A DNA stretch of 64,000 nucleotides, taken from a bacterium. GTDB taxonomy: Bacteria; Electryoneota; Electryoneia; Electryoneales; Electryoneaceae. A program made the translations under genes and the position numbers. The DNA is taken from assembly GCA_043801585.1 (NCBI GenBank), contig JAZDLX010000184.1:1-64000 (forward strand), in the 5' to 3' direction. The notes beneath the pieces were generated by a model. That model was not told the DNA's origin. It made no database searches and saw nothing but the letters and a program-made list of their open reading frames with translations. Shown here piece by piece: positions 19,017 through 27,840 of the stretch (the first letter of the stretch is position 1; each line of letters opens with the position of its first letter).

Positions 19017-20735
19017 ATGAACCGTGCCCTGGGCAAATCCCGGGTCAGATGGTCAAGGATACTGCCGCTTCTGTTAGCAGGAATGTTCCTTGCATCCGGG
19101 GTACAGGCAAAACCAAAGATGGTTTCCGGGAAGAAAGCGAAGTGGGTGGATCAACCGGAAATCATCGTCGGCGAGTCAAAGGTCGACAGAGAGGATCAGG
19201 CCCTCTCAACCGCTAAGGCGGATGCGCTGATTCAGGCATTGGAACTGCTGGGGACACATAAAAACCTCACTGTTTTCCGTGAATACTACATCGCCAAGTT
19301 CACCGGCGCCGAAGCGGAAGCCGTTCTGGGTGATGTTGCCAGAGAGTACCTGGATCTCGTGGAAGCGAACCACACCCTGGCCTACACAGAAGTGCAGGGA
19401 TGGAAAGACGGCAAGCAATCCTGGTTTGTCGGCCTCGCGGGTTACACCATCGCGGATTCAAGCCAAGCCTGGCAGAAAGCCTTTGCCGAGAAGTATCTGG
19501 CGGAAGGCCAGAAGGTAGCTGAGGCGGCAAAGAATGCAACCGCTGGCGGCGATTACTACGGTGGTCTTGCCAAGAGCGCCGAGGCGTTCATGATCTATGA
19601 CGGTCTGCTCGGAGCCTTCGGCGAAGCGCACCCGGAATTCCCTCAGATCACCGATCTGCAGATGGACGCCGAGATGGAGCTTGGGATGAAACTCGACAAG
19701 CTCTCGGTCTGGCCTGTGGCGAAACGCAAGTATCTCTCGCAGGAAGACCTGCCGAAGATGCTGAACATTTCCGTCAGCTACTCCACACCGGAAGGTGCGG
19801 TCCAACTCGCCGGTGTTCCCTTCAACTGGAAGGCTGCGGATGGATTGACCGTTGCCGTGTCGGGCACTGAGCTGGTCAGCGGTGACGACGGAAAGGCGAC
19901 CCTCACCCTGCAGAAGATGGAGGTCTCCGGGCCGGCTGGCATTGATATCGCACCCGTGCTCCCCCATCTGACGAGTGCTTTCATGAAATCTTTGCCATCC
20001 GCCAAGTTCGAGTTTATCGACAAGGCGAGCGGCAAGACCTTCAACGTGGATTCCGCGCCAATGGCTCTTATCGATGCGGACTCGGTCCTGCTAGGCGCGT
20101 CAAGCGATGACCCGTTGAAACAGGATGACGAGGTTCCCGCCGTCGAAGTAAAAGTGACTCCGTTCTACATGGATGTCCACGAAGTGACCAACGCACAATA
20201 CAAGGCATTCCTTGACGCTACTGGCTACAAGGGCGAATCGAGATTCAGCGATATTGGCGAGTTGAACGCCGATGATCACCCTGTCGTCGGAGTCACATTG
20301 CGCGATGCCTACGCCTACGCTATGTGGGCGGGAAAACGTCTCCCCAGCGAAGCTGAGTGGGAGCTGGCCGCCAGCGGTCCGGAAGGTTTAGTATATCCCT
20401 GGGGAAATGGTTTTGATCCTTCCAAATGCGCAAACCAGGCAAACAGCACGACTCCGATGGCTCCGGGCACCTTCCCGGGTGACAGTCCTTATGGAATCAA
20501 GGATCTGGCTGGGAATGTCTGGGAGTGGACCGCGGATGGATACGATTGGGAAATGCTGAAGAAGCAGAGTGCCGGGATGATGTACATGTCCCCGGAGGCG
20601 AAGGACCTGCGCAGCATTCGTGGCGGCAGCTACAAGAGTGGTCCTGCCGATCTGCGTACCAGCAACAGGCTTGGGATGAACCCGGCCGCACGCACGGATG
20701 ACATCGGTTTCCGCTGCGTGCGTGACGCAAACTGA
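19017..20735 (+). CDS. Exported protein with C-terminal FGE-sulfatase (SUMF1)-like domain
   Basis: Signal peptide (..ASGVQA); EVTNAQY, HPVVGV, RLPSEAEWELAA, YPWG, DLAGNVWEW, RGGSY and GFRCV motifs; SD GGGAGG before ATG 19017. Confidence 0.88.
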   Translation: MNRALGKSRVRWSRILPLLLAGMFLASGVQAKPKMVSGKKAKWVDQPEIIVGESKVDREDQALSTAKADALIQALELLGTHKNLTVFREYYIAKFTGAEAEAVLGDVAREYLDLVEANHTLAYTEVQGWKDGKQSWFVGLAGYTIADSSQAWQKAFAEKYLAEGQKVAEAAKNATAGGDYYGGLAKSAEAFMIYDGLLGAFGEAHPEFPQITDLQMDAEMELGMKLDKLSVWPVAKRKYLSQEDLPKMLNISVSYSTPEGAVQLAGVPFNWKAADGLTVAVSGTELVSGDDGKATLTLQKMEVSGPAGIDIAPVLPHLTSAFMKSLPSAKFEFIDKASGKTFNVDSAPMALIDADSVLLGASSDDPLKQDDEVPAVEVKVTPFYMDVHEVTNAQYKAFLDATGYKGESRFSDIGELNADDHPVVGVTLRDAYAYAMWAGKRLPSEAEWELAASGPEGLVYPWGNGFDPSKCANQANSTTPMAPGTFPGDSPYGIKDLAGNVWEWTADGYDWEMLKKQSAGMMYMSPEAKDLRSIRGGSYKSGPADLRTSNRLGMNPAARTDDIGFRCVRDAN

Positions 20736-20756
20736 CGAACCCCCACGGGAGGAAAT

Positions 20757-22076
20757 ATGGTAATTCGGATGTTACGAAAAACAAAGTCGTCATCGTGGGT
20801 TTCGCTGCTGCTGGCGGCCGGAATGCTGCTGGTATTCACTTCCTGCAGCAACGAACTCGGAAAAGGCAAGAAAGCCTACAATAAGCGCAACTACGATGAA
20901 GCGATCGCCCACTTCAATCAGGCTGGTGGCGAGGAGGGCAAGGCATGGGCTCAGTCGGCGGATTTCGCGAAACAGATAGAGAGCGAATTGATGGCGGGAG
21001 TCCAGGCGAAACGTACCGGCAACCTGGATGAAGCCGTCAACCATTTCCAGAAAGCCGTCGAGCTGGAAGGAAAGATTCCCCACCTCTCCAAATACCTGAA
21101 GACGAGGATGGGCGGTATCAAAATTGAGCTGACCCAGACGGTCGTCGAACAGCTCCGCAAGGCGAAGCAGGAGAAACGGTACGAAACCATACTCAAGATG
21201 AAGCCTCATGTTGGCGACTACATCACCGAGGGAGATCGATACTTCCAGGAGGTGCAGGACATCATCACCTTCGCCGAGGGCGAGATTCGCGTGATGAAAA
21301 AGGAAGAGGCGAAGGGTGACAAGCTCCTTGAGAGTGGTGACGAAAAAGGCGCCATCGAAGCCTGGCGGATGGCGATGAAGCACGCCAGCGTGGAGCATGG
21401 CAAACGCATCAGCCAGAAGTTGTACGACCTCCAGAACAAGGTTGAGGGAGGCATCCGGGGCGAGTTCGATTCCGCTATCGACAGCAGCCGCACCGCGCTG
21501 GAATCAGGCAAGTACAATCAGGCGCTGGAATCGGCGAACGCCGCCATCGAGGTGACCCAGAGGAACCCGGACATCACACTCGACGCAGGACTCGCCTACC
21601 GTTACAAGCGTCTTGCGGAAGAGAACCTCCGTGAACAGGAACTCGCTGCAGCAAAGGCACAGGCGGAGGCCGATCGCAAGAAGGCGATCGAAGAGTACAT
21701 CAGGATTCACGGCCAGCCGATGACACCCACAGTGATCGACTACAGCAAGGATAACAAGATCACCGCCAAGGGCAAAGGCAGAATCAAGAAGAACGAGCGC
21801 GGACGCTGGTACGCCACCGCCCTGATCGATGAGGGCGCTTACCGCAAACTGTACGTCCGTGTTCCTGAAGGGTACGAGGCGATTGTCACTCGCAGTCCTG
21901 ATAAGCAGGAGAAAGCGAATGATGTCGTCACCAAGACATTCATCGATCAAGGCTACATCTATTTCATAGCCGAAAACTTTACCGGCGGCCGTTTCTACAT
22001 CGTCGTAACCAACCCTGAAGGCAAGAAGGGCGATTACGAGGTGGATGCCACGCTGTACCACGAACTCGACAAGTAA
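20757..22076 (+). CDS. TPR-repeat lipoprotein
   Basis: Lipobox VFTSC; several TPR-like helices (NYDEAIAHFNQA, NLDEAVNHFQKAVE, GKYNQALESANAA). Confidence 0.7.
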   Translation: MVIRMLRKTKSSSWVSLLLAAGMLLVFTSCSNELGKGKKAYNKRNYDEAIAHFNQAGGEEGKAWAQSADFAKQIESELMAGVQAKRTGNLDEAVNHFQKAVELEGKIPHLSKYLKTRMGGIKIELTQTVVEQLRKAKQEKRYETILKMKPHVGDYITEGDRYFQEVQDIITFAEGEIRVMKKEEAKGDKLLESGDEKGAIEAWRMAMKHASVEHGKRISQKLYDLQNKVEGGIRGEFDSAIDSSRTALESGKYNQALESANAAIEVTQRNPDITLDAGLAYRYKRLAEENLREQELAAAKAQAEADRKKAIEEYIRIHGQPMTPTVIDYSKDNKITAKGKGRIKKNERGRWYATALIDEGAYRKLYVRVPEGYEAIVTRSPDKQEKANDVVTKTFIDQGYIYFIAENFTGGRFYIVVTNPEGKKGDYEVDATLYHELDK

Positions 22077-22140
22077 TGCGATTCGCGCCCGGGGTGGTTC
22101 CCCCACCCCGGGGCGCTGAACGAACCATGAGGATAAGCAG

Positions 22141-23706
22141 ATGAACAAGTTGATACAGCGCCGCCGCGCAACCGTCGCTCTCGCGATGACGCTCGTCGTG
22201 GCAACCCTGCTCGCTGCCGGCTGCGGGTTGCTGGGCGGGCGGAAACACGAGGTGATCGTCGCCTCGCCCAACCTGCCTGACAACCTTGTCCCGATTCTGC
22301 ATCAGAACGATGAAGCCAAGATGCTCTCCGACCTGCTCTACAACAGTCTCGCCGGATTCACGGGACGCCGGCAAAGCGAGATTGCACTGGAACTCGCGGA
22401 TGCCATCGAACAGAATCTGGAGAAAAAGGACAGCTACAAGATCCGTTTGAAAAAGGATGTCGCCTGGCACGATGGGCGGCCTTTTGACGGCCTTGACGTC
22501 CTTTACACCTGGGCCGCGATACAGAACCCAGCCAACGATTCACCCCTTCGCGGACGGTTGGGCGACATCATTACCGAACTGGATACCGTGGGAGACGTTT
22601 ACACGTTGCACTGCGCCTTCCGGGTAGCGGTCGCCCCGGATGACGCACTGTGGCTGCTCTCTTTTAAAATCCTCCCGCACATGATAAACGGTGCGGAGAT
22701 GCCGACGAACCTGGTGGAAACGGATGAAGGCCGTGCCTTCGGATCGAATCCGGTTGGAACGGGATCTTTCCGCTTTGTCCAGCGGACGTCCAACGAACTT
22801 GAGATTTCAAGCATCAATCCGGACCAGGCGATTCAGAAGGTGCTGTTCCGCCTCCAGCGTGATCCGAACCTGCGGACGCTGAACCTGATCAAGAACCGTG
22901 TGGACGTCATCTTCAACGTCGATCCGGAAACTTACGAGCAGCTTGACAAGAAGGGACTTCCGCACAGCACCTATGCACCGAAAGCGTTCTATGCCCTGGC
23001 GTTGAACTGTTCCCGCGGCTTCACCGCCAACGAAACTTTCCGTGCGGCCCTTGCGACGGGCGTCAATCAGGTCGCTATTGCAGCAGAACTCTTCGGTGAG
23101 GACGGCAAGGATTTCTCGATGCTGAACGCCTTTCCCGCGAACGACAATCCGCTTTACAAACGTCTCCCGCCGACCCAGGCCTTTGACGCCGAAAAGGCAA
23201 AGACTCTGGTCATCAAGAGCGGCTACAACGGTGAAGAGCTTGAGTTGATGGTCAACGAAGGCATGGGCAGTGTCGGACGTGTGACGGGACAGCGTCTCGT
23301 CGATCAGTTGAAGGAAATCGGCGTCAACGCGAAGCTTTCGGTGATCGGAACAGCCTTCCAGGCCAAACTGGTCGAAGGCCGTTACGATATGGCGCTGGTG
23401 CTCGAAGATGGTTTCGGCAGGAAATACGACCACTACGCTCTGTACTACAGCCGAGGAAGCCGCAACATCAGCCGTATCCGAAACGTTCAGTTGGATGACG
23501 TTGCCGAAAAGTGGAACAACAGCATCGTGATGGATATCAAGTTCCCGCTCACTCAGGAACTGAACACGATCCTCGGAAGACTCAACCCGTACGCTTACCT
23601 CTTCAGCTCTCCTCAGCGCGTTTATTACAGTAAAAAGCTGAGGAATGTGACGATTATTGACGAGGATGCGTTGATCAAGACACTCCCTCTGTGGAACAAG
23701 GGTTGA
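22141..23706 (+). CDS. ABC transporter substrate-binding lipoprotein, family 5 (OppA/DppA/NikA-like)
   Basis: Lipobox LAAGC; LKKDVAWHDGRPFDGLDVLYT and PVGTGSF motifs. Confidence 0.9.
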   Translation: MNKLIQRRRATVALAMTLVVATLLAAGCGLLGGRKHEVIVASPNLPDNLVPILHQNDEAKMLSDLLYNSLAGFTGRRQSEIALELADAIEQNLEKKDSYKIRLKKDVAWHDGRPFDGLDVLYTWAAIQNPANDSPLRGRLGDIITELDTVGDVYTLHCAFRVAVAPDDALWLLSFKILPHMINGAEMPTNLVETDEGRAFGSNPVGTGSFRFVQRTSNELEISSINPDQAIQKVLFRLQRDPNLRTLNLIKNRVDVIFNVDPETYEQLDKKGLPHSTYAPKAFYALALNCSRGFTANETFRAALATGVNQVAIAAELFGEDGKDFSMLNAFPANDNPLYKRLPPTQAFDAEKAKTLVIKSGYNGEELELMVNEGMGSVGRVTGQRLVDQLKEIGVNAKLSVIGTAFQAKLVEGRYDMALVLEDGFGRKYDHYALYYSRGSRNISRIRNVQLDDVAEKWNNSIVMDIKFPLTQELNTILGRLNPYAYLFSSPQRVYYSKKLRNVTIIDEDALIKTLPLWNKG

Positions 23707-23749
23707 GCTGAAGAATGTTGGTTAAACTGCAGGAATGATCCTTGTCAGG

Positions 23750-23775
23750 GGGAGGGCGAAGCAGCGCTCTCCCCC
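23750..23775 (+). other. Intergenic stem-loop downstream of the substrate-binding protein gene
   Basis: GGGGAGGGCG-aagcag-CGCTCTCCCC between the SBP and permease genes, a typical position for a stability or attenuation hairpin. Confidence 0.55.
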
Positions 23776-23797
23776 TTCTCCATACGCGGAGGGTTGC

Positions 23798-24745
23798 GTG
23801 CAAAAAAAACGGATCATGACGCTGCTGATGCTGGTGGGGAAGGCGTTACTGAAGACGGTATTCCTTGTCCTTCTTTCGACCTGGTTGACCGCTCTCGTCC
23901 TCGGGATTCTCCCTCAGCGTGAACGCAGCATGGACGTGCAACAGCAGGGACAAACGGTTGAGCAACGCTCGCAGACCGTGATGGACCGTTACGGCGATTG
24001 GCTTGTCGGGTTGCTGCACTTCGATCTGGGACATTCCGAGCACTATTTCGGCGACAAGGTGAGCAAATACGTTTTCAGCAATCTCCTGCTCACATTCTCA
24101 CTCAGCCTTTTCAGTGTCATCATCAGCGCGGCGTTCGGAGTGCTGCTTGGGGTACACAGTGCCATTCGAAGTTCCTGGCGGATCCAGCCGCCGCCTGACG
24201 CGAAGCGGGAAGCCGGCTTCAACCTTTTCCGCTACACCCTGTATGTGATTAACGCCGTGCCGACCTACATCCTCGGCATCATGCTGCTGCTCATTGCGAC
24301 GACCGCACCGATGGGATTGCTGGTGATGATCAGCATGGTTCTCGGCAGCGGGATCATGATGGATTTTGCACAGATGTCCGCAAGGCTGATGGAAGAGGAG
24401 TTTCAGGAGCCCTACGTCCTGAACGCTCTCGGGCTCGGAATGAAGGCCGGAGGTGCACTGCCAAGACCGGGAACGGTAAGCTGGCACGCGTTCCGTGCCG
24501 CATCCGCGAGCCTGCTTCCGTTGATCGGCTCCAAGGTTCCCTTCATCATGGGCAACGTTCTCGTGATCGAAATGGTGTTCGAACTTCCGGGGCTTTCGGA
24601 ACCGTTGCTCGGTGGATTGATCAACCAGGATCTGCCGCTGGTGCTCTCCGTGTTGCTGCTTGCGGTGCTGGTTGTGCAGGTGATCGCGGCGTTGACGGAG
24701 GTACTGGACTTTGTCATCAACCCAGGCAAACAATTCCTGATCTGA
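23798..24745 (+). CDS. ABC transporter permease (OppB/DppB-like)
   Basis: Multiple TM helices; YGDWLVGLLHFDLGHS; VIEMVFELPGL. GTG start chosen downstream of the hairpin, with GGAGG upstream. Confidence 0.88.
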   Translation: MQKKRIMTLLMLVGKALLKTVFLVLLSTWLTALVLGILPQRERSMDVQQQGQTVEQRSQTVMDRYGDWLVGLLHFDLGHSEHYFGDKVSKYVFSNLLLTFSLSLFSVIISAAFGVLLGVHSAIRSSWRIQPPPDAKREAGFNLFRYTLYVINAVPTYILGIMLLLIATTAPMGLLVMISMVLGSGIMMDFAQMSARLMEEEFQEPYVLNALGLGMKAGGALPRPGTVSWHAFRAASASLLPLIGSKVPFIMGNVLVIEMVFELPGLSEPLLGGLINQDLPLVLSVLLLAVLVVQVIAALTEVLDFVINPGKQFLI

Positions 24746-24764
24746 CCTTACGGGGGAACCTATA

Positions 24765-25712
24765 GTGCTTGAAAGCTATCTCCTATCGGCCTTGAGCGCA
24801 CTCGCTGTTCTGGTTCTGCTCGTCTGGCAAGTTCGTCGGCGGAACAACAGGAGCGCTATCGTGGGCCTGATCCTGCTACTGCCATTGTTGCTCAGTCCGA
24901 CGATCACACTGATCGCCGGGAGCAGTCTGCAGAACGGGATCACGGAATATCGTTTCGAACGGTTCAGCCCACCCTCCGAACACGGAGCGCTGGGCACCGA
25001 TGCAAGGGGGCGTGACGTCCTTCAGTCCGCCCTGGTTGGAAGTGCGAACACCTGGGCTGTGACCGCGGCCGCCCTGGTCGTCTCGGTAATCCTGGGGCTG
25101 ACGTTCGGTTTGCTCGCCGCCTCCCAGCGTCACTTTGTCAGTTGGCTGGCGGGTGTGGTGATGCAGTTTTTTGAGGTCTTCCCCTTTGTCTTTTTCCTCG
25201 CGATCACACTTGCAGCGTATCGTCAGTACGGATACATCACGGATATCAAACAGAGCGCCGGATCGGCGGCTCTGTTTATCGGCTTGATGATGGGGTTGAT
25301 TTCAATGCCCTATCTCGGACGGGTGGTCGAGCGTCTCGCACGGCAGGAGATGCGAAATCCCTACATCCAGACACTGCACAGCGCGGGCGTTCCCTCCTGG
25401 AAAATCCTTTGGCGGAACATCCTATTTCACAATATTTTGCCGAGCATTCTGCTTCAGATTTCACTCCTTGTGGGGGTGATCATCCTGATGAGCAGTGCGA
25501 TTGATTATATCCTCGAAATCGGCTTCGGCGATTATGGACAAACGGGCATCCTGAGCCTTGGCAAGCTGCTCGCTCATGGGCGACAGTCTGTTGTCTTTGG
25601 CGAAGGACTCTGGGCGGTGCTGACACCCGCTGTCGGCATTCTGATCAGCGTGCTGGGGAGCAGTCTTCTTGTCGAAGGGCTCACCCGGCGTCGTGTCACG
25701 GTCAAGCAGTAG
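24765..25712 (+). CDS. ABC transporter permease (OppC/DppC-like)
   Basis: PPSEHGALGTDARGRDVL; EAA-like PYIQTLHSAGV; TM helices. Confidence 0.88.
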   Translation: MLESYLLSALSALAVLVLLVWQVRRRNNRSAIVGLILLLPLLLSPTITLIAGSSLQNGITEYRFERFSPPSEHGALGTDARGRDVLQSALVGSANTWAVTAAALVVSVILGLTFGLLAASQRHFVSWLAGVVMQFFEVFPFVFFLAITLAAYRQYGYITDIKQSAGSAALFIGLMMGLISMPYLGRVVERLARQEMRNPYIQTLHSAGVPSWKILWRNILFHNILPSILLQISLLVGVIILMSSAIDYILEIGFGDYGQTGILSLGKLLAHGRQSVVFGEGLWAVLTPAVGILISVLGSSLLVEGLTRRRVTVKQ

Positions 25713-25721
25713 GAGGCGGCG

Positions 25722-27395
25722 ATGACGAATGATGGCAGAGAAACCATCCAGGTGCACATCGACCGCTGCCGCGTGAGAAGATCCAAACACGTGGTGCTGC
25801 GTGACGTGCACTTCGATTTTATTGAAGGCGACCGGTTGACCGTTCTCGGCGCCTCCGGTGCCGGAAAATCCACCCTGATGAACGCGATTCTCGGTTACCT
25901 CGATCCGTTCACCTGGGAGATCGATGGCGAAGTTCTTTGGGGCGGCGTCGACCTGCTCAAGCTGAATCCCGTCGAGTGGGAGGAATTCCGCGGGCGGGAG
26001 TTCCGGGTTCTTTTCCAGGAACCGGCACGCATGGTCCACCCCATGTTCAAGGTGGACAGGCAAATTCTGGACGCGTACCGGATGGTCATGCCGAATATCA
26101 CCGAGGAGGAGCTGGAACGCCGCATCGGCGAAATTCGCCGAGACCTGCGGATCAGCCGGACGGACGAGACGATGGGATCGTTCCCTTCCGAGGTTTCCGG
26201 TGGGCAGCTCCAGCGCATTGCCCTGGCGATCAGCCTGGGACCACCTGCTCGTTTCTATTTCGCGGATGAACCGGCGAACGCCCTCGACGCCGAAATCACC
26301 TGGGAGCTGATCAAGGTTCTCCGGACAAAGCTGGACGGCGGCGACCTGAAAGCGCTCTGGTTGATCACCCACGACATCAACGTGTCGATCAGCGCTGGAT
26401 GCACCAAGGTGCTTTTCCTTGACGATACCTTCACCGGCCATACGATGCCGATGAAACAGTTTATGGAAGATCCGGGATTCGATTACGGCCGGGACTGGTT
26501 GAACACCCAGATGCGCATCTACGAGTCCTATCGCAGCCAGGAGCTCTCGACGGAGGTGGACCTGGAGGATGCATCGACCCTGATGATGGTCAAGGATTTC
26601 TCCTACCGGTATCCAATCAAAGGCATCATCTACCGCAAAGGGAAACCGGTGATTTCGGATGTCTCTTTCGCTTTGAAACGGGGAGAATTCGTCGGACTCG
26701 CCGGTAACAGCGGTGCGGGGAAAACAACGATTGGCAGATGCCTGGGGCACATCCAGCACGATTTCGATGGGGAAATCATCTACGACACCGCAACCGTCAG
26801 CCGCGGCAAACATGTCCCCACCAGCGTCCAGTACATGATGCAGGATGCTGCCCGCAGCTTCGACCCGAACCAGAAAATCTGGGAGAACCTGCGGCAATGC
26901 GCGGACGGACGCCGTCTTGACTGGAACCTCGTGGAAAAAGAGGTGCGGATGATGATGGAGCGTCTCGGCCTCTCCGATGAGCTTCTCCACCGTTTTCCCC
27001 ATGAACTCTCCGGTGGCCAGCGCCAACGGGTGGCGTTCATTCGATCGATCATGGGTCCCACGGAACTTTTTATCGCCGACGAACCGTTTGTCAATCTGGA
27101 CCCGATTATTCAGCTCGAGATGTCAAAACTCCTGCGCGACAAACGCCAGGGAGAAAAACCGATGTCCGGGGTCCTCGTCAGTCATAACTTCGGTCTGCTG
27201 GCCCCACTCTGTGACAGGATCGTCGTCTTATCCGGCGGAAGACAGATTGAATCCGCTGAAACGAAAGAACTTATCTCTGCTCCACAGCAGGATGAAACGA
27301 AACGGCTGATCCGGGCGGCGATCAAACTTGGACAAATCGCCCTCGAAGAGGACGCTGAAGCCCGTTTCCACGGATTCGAGGACTCTCAAGCGTAA
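25722..27395 (+). CDS. Fused double ABC ATPase (OppD/OppF-like)
   Basis: Two ATPase domains: GASGAGKS/VSGGQLQR/FADEP and GNSGAGKT/LSGGQRQR/IADEP. Confidence 0.92.
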   Translation: MTNDGRETIQVHIDRCRVRRSKHVVLRDVHFDFIEGDRLTVLGASGAGKSTLMNAILGYLDPFTWEIDGEVLWGGVDLLKLNPVEWEEFRGREFRVLFQEPARMVHPMFKVDRQILDAYRMVMPNITEEELERRIGEIRRDLRISRTDETMGSFPSEVSGGQLQRIALAISLGPPARFYFADEPANALDAEITWELIKVLRTKLDGGDLKALWLITHDINVSISAGCTKVLFLDDTFTGHTMPMKQFMEDPGFDYGRDWLNTQMRIYESYRSQELSTEVDLEDASTLMMVKDFSYRYPIKGIIYRKGKPVISDVSFALKRGEFVGLAGNSGAGKTTIGRCLGHIQHDFDGEIIYDTATVSRGKHVPTSVQYMMQDAARSFDPNQKIWENLRQCADGRRLDWNLVEKEVRMMMERLGLSDELLHRFPHELSGGQRQRVAFIRSIMGPTELFIADEPFVNLDPIIQLEMSKLLRDKRQGEKPMSGVLVSHNFGLLAPLCDRIVVLSGGRQIESAETKELISAPQQDETKRLIRAAIKLGQIALEEDAEARFHGFEDSQA

Positions 27396-27561
27396 GGAAA
27401 ACCACAATAGACCGAGACTAACACAAACGCGAGCGGTGATCCGTTCCCTTCTTTTTTGTATGTTAAAAACCATGTCAGTTCTCTGACATTTCTTCCTTTT
27501 CCGCTTTCGAGGCTGACGAAGTATTTTTATTCTCTGCGTTCAGCAGCACGAGGGCGCACCG

Positions 27562-27840
27562 ATGACACAGGAAAACGAGTTTGTAACTCTCCTTCTTGGA
27601 TTTGGGACGCTCATTTTTATCTTCGCCTTTCTGCCACGTCTCAAAATTCCTGCGAGGTCTGGTTGGCTTTTTCTTGCCCTTGCCGGCCAGAGCATTGCCT
27701 GGATTTTCACGGTTCTCGAATTCTGGTTTTACCCGTATGTTTTCAATGTAATAGAACACATGGGTTATTCGATCTGCTCCATTTCCCTGTTGATCTGGGT
27801 ACTGCCCTTCGCACGACCGACGAAGGAGCAGCATCAATGA
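27562..27840 (+). CDS. Small 3-TM membrane protein translationally coupled to the downstream kinase
   Basis: 92 aa with three hydrophobic segments; SD GAGGG; its stop overlaps the kinase start (ATGA, 27837-27840). Confidence 0.7.
   Translation: MTQENEFVTLLLGFGTLIFIFAFLPRLKIPARSGWLFLALAGQSIAWIFTVLEFWFYPYVFNVIEHMGYSICSISLLIWVLPFARPTKEQHQ

Noticed and set aside
20560..20735. FGE/CLec-fold C-terminus as a diversity-generating retroelement variable region
   Set aside because: I found no reverse transcriptase and no second near-identical template repeat in the window.
27456..27836. N-terminal extension of the histidine kinase in the ORF track
   Set aside because: Cys-rich, non-protein-like sequence that overlaps a better-supported small membrane gene. 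Extended starts for asnB (6873), aroK (45962), aroC (46329) and PorV (52523) were trimmed on similar grounds.
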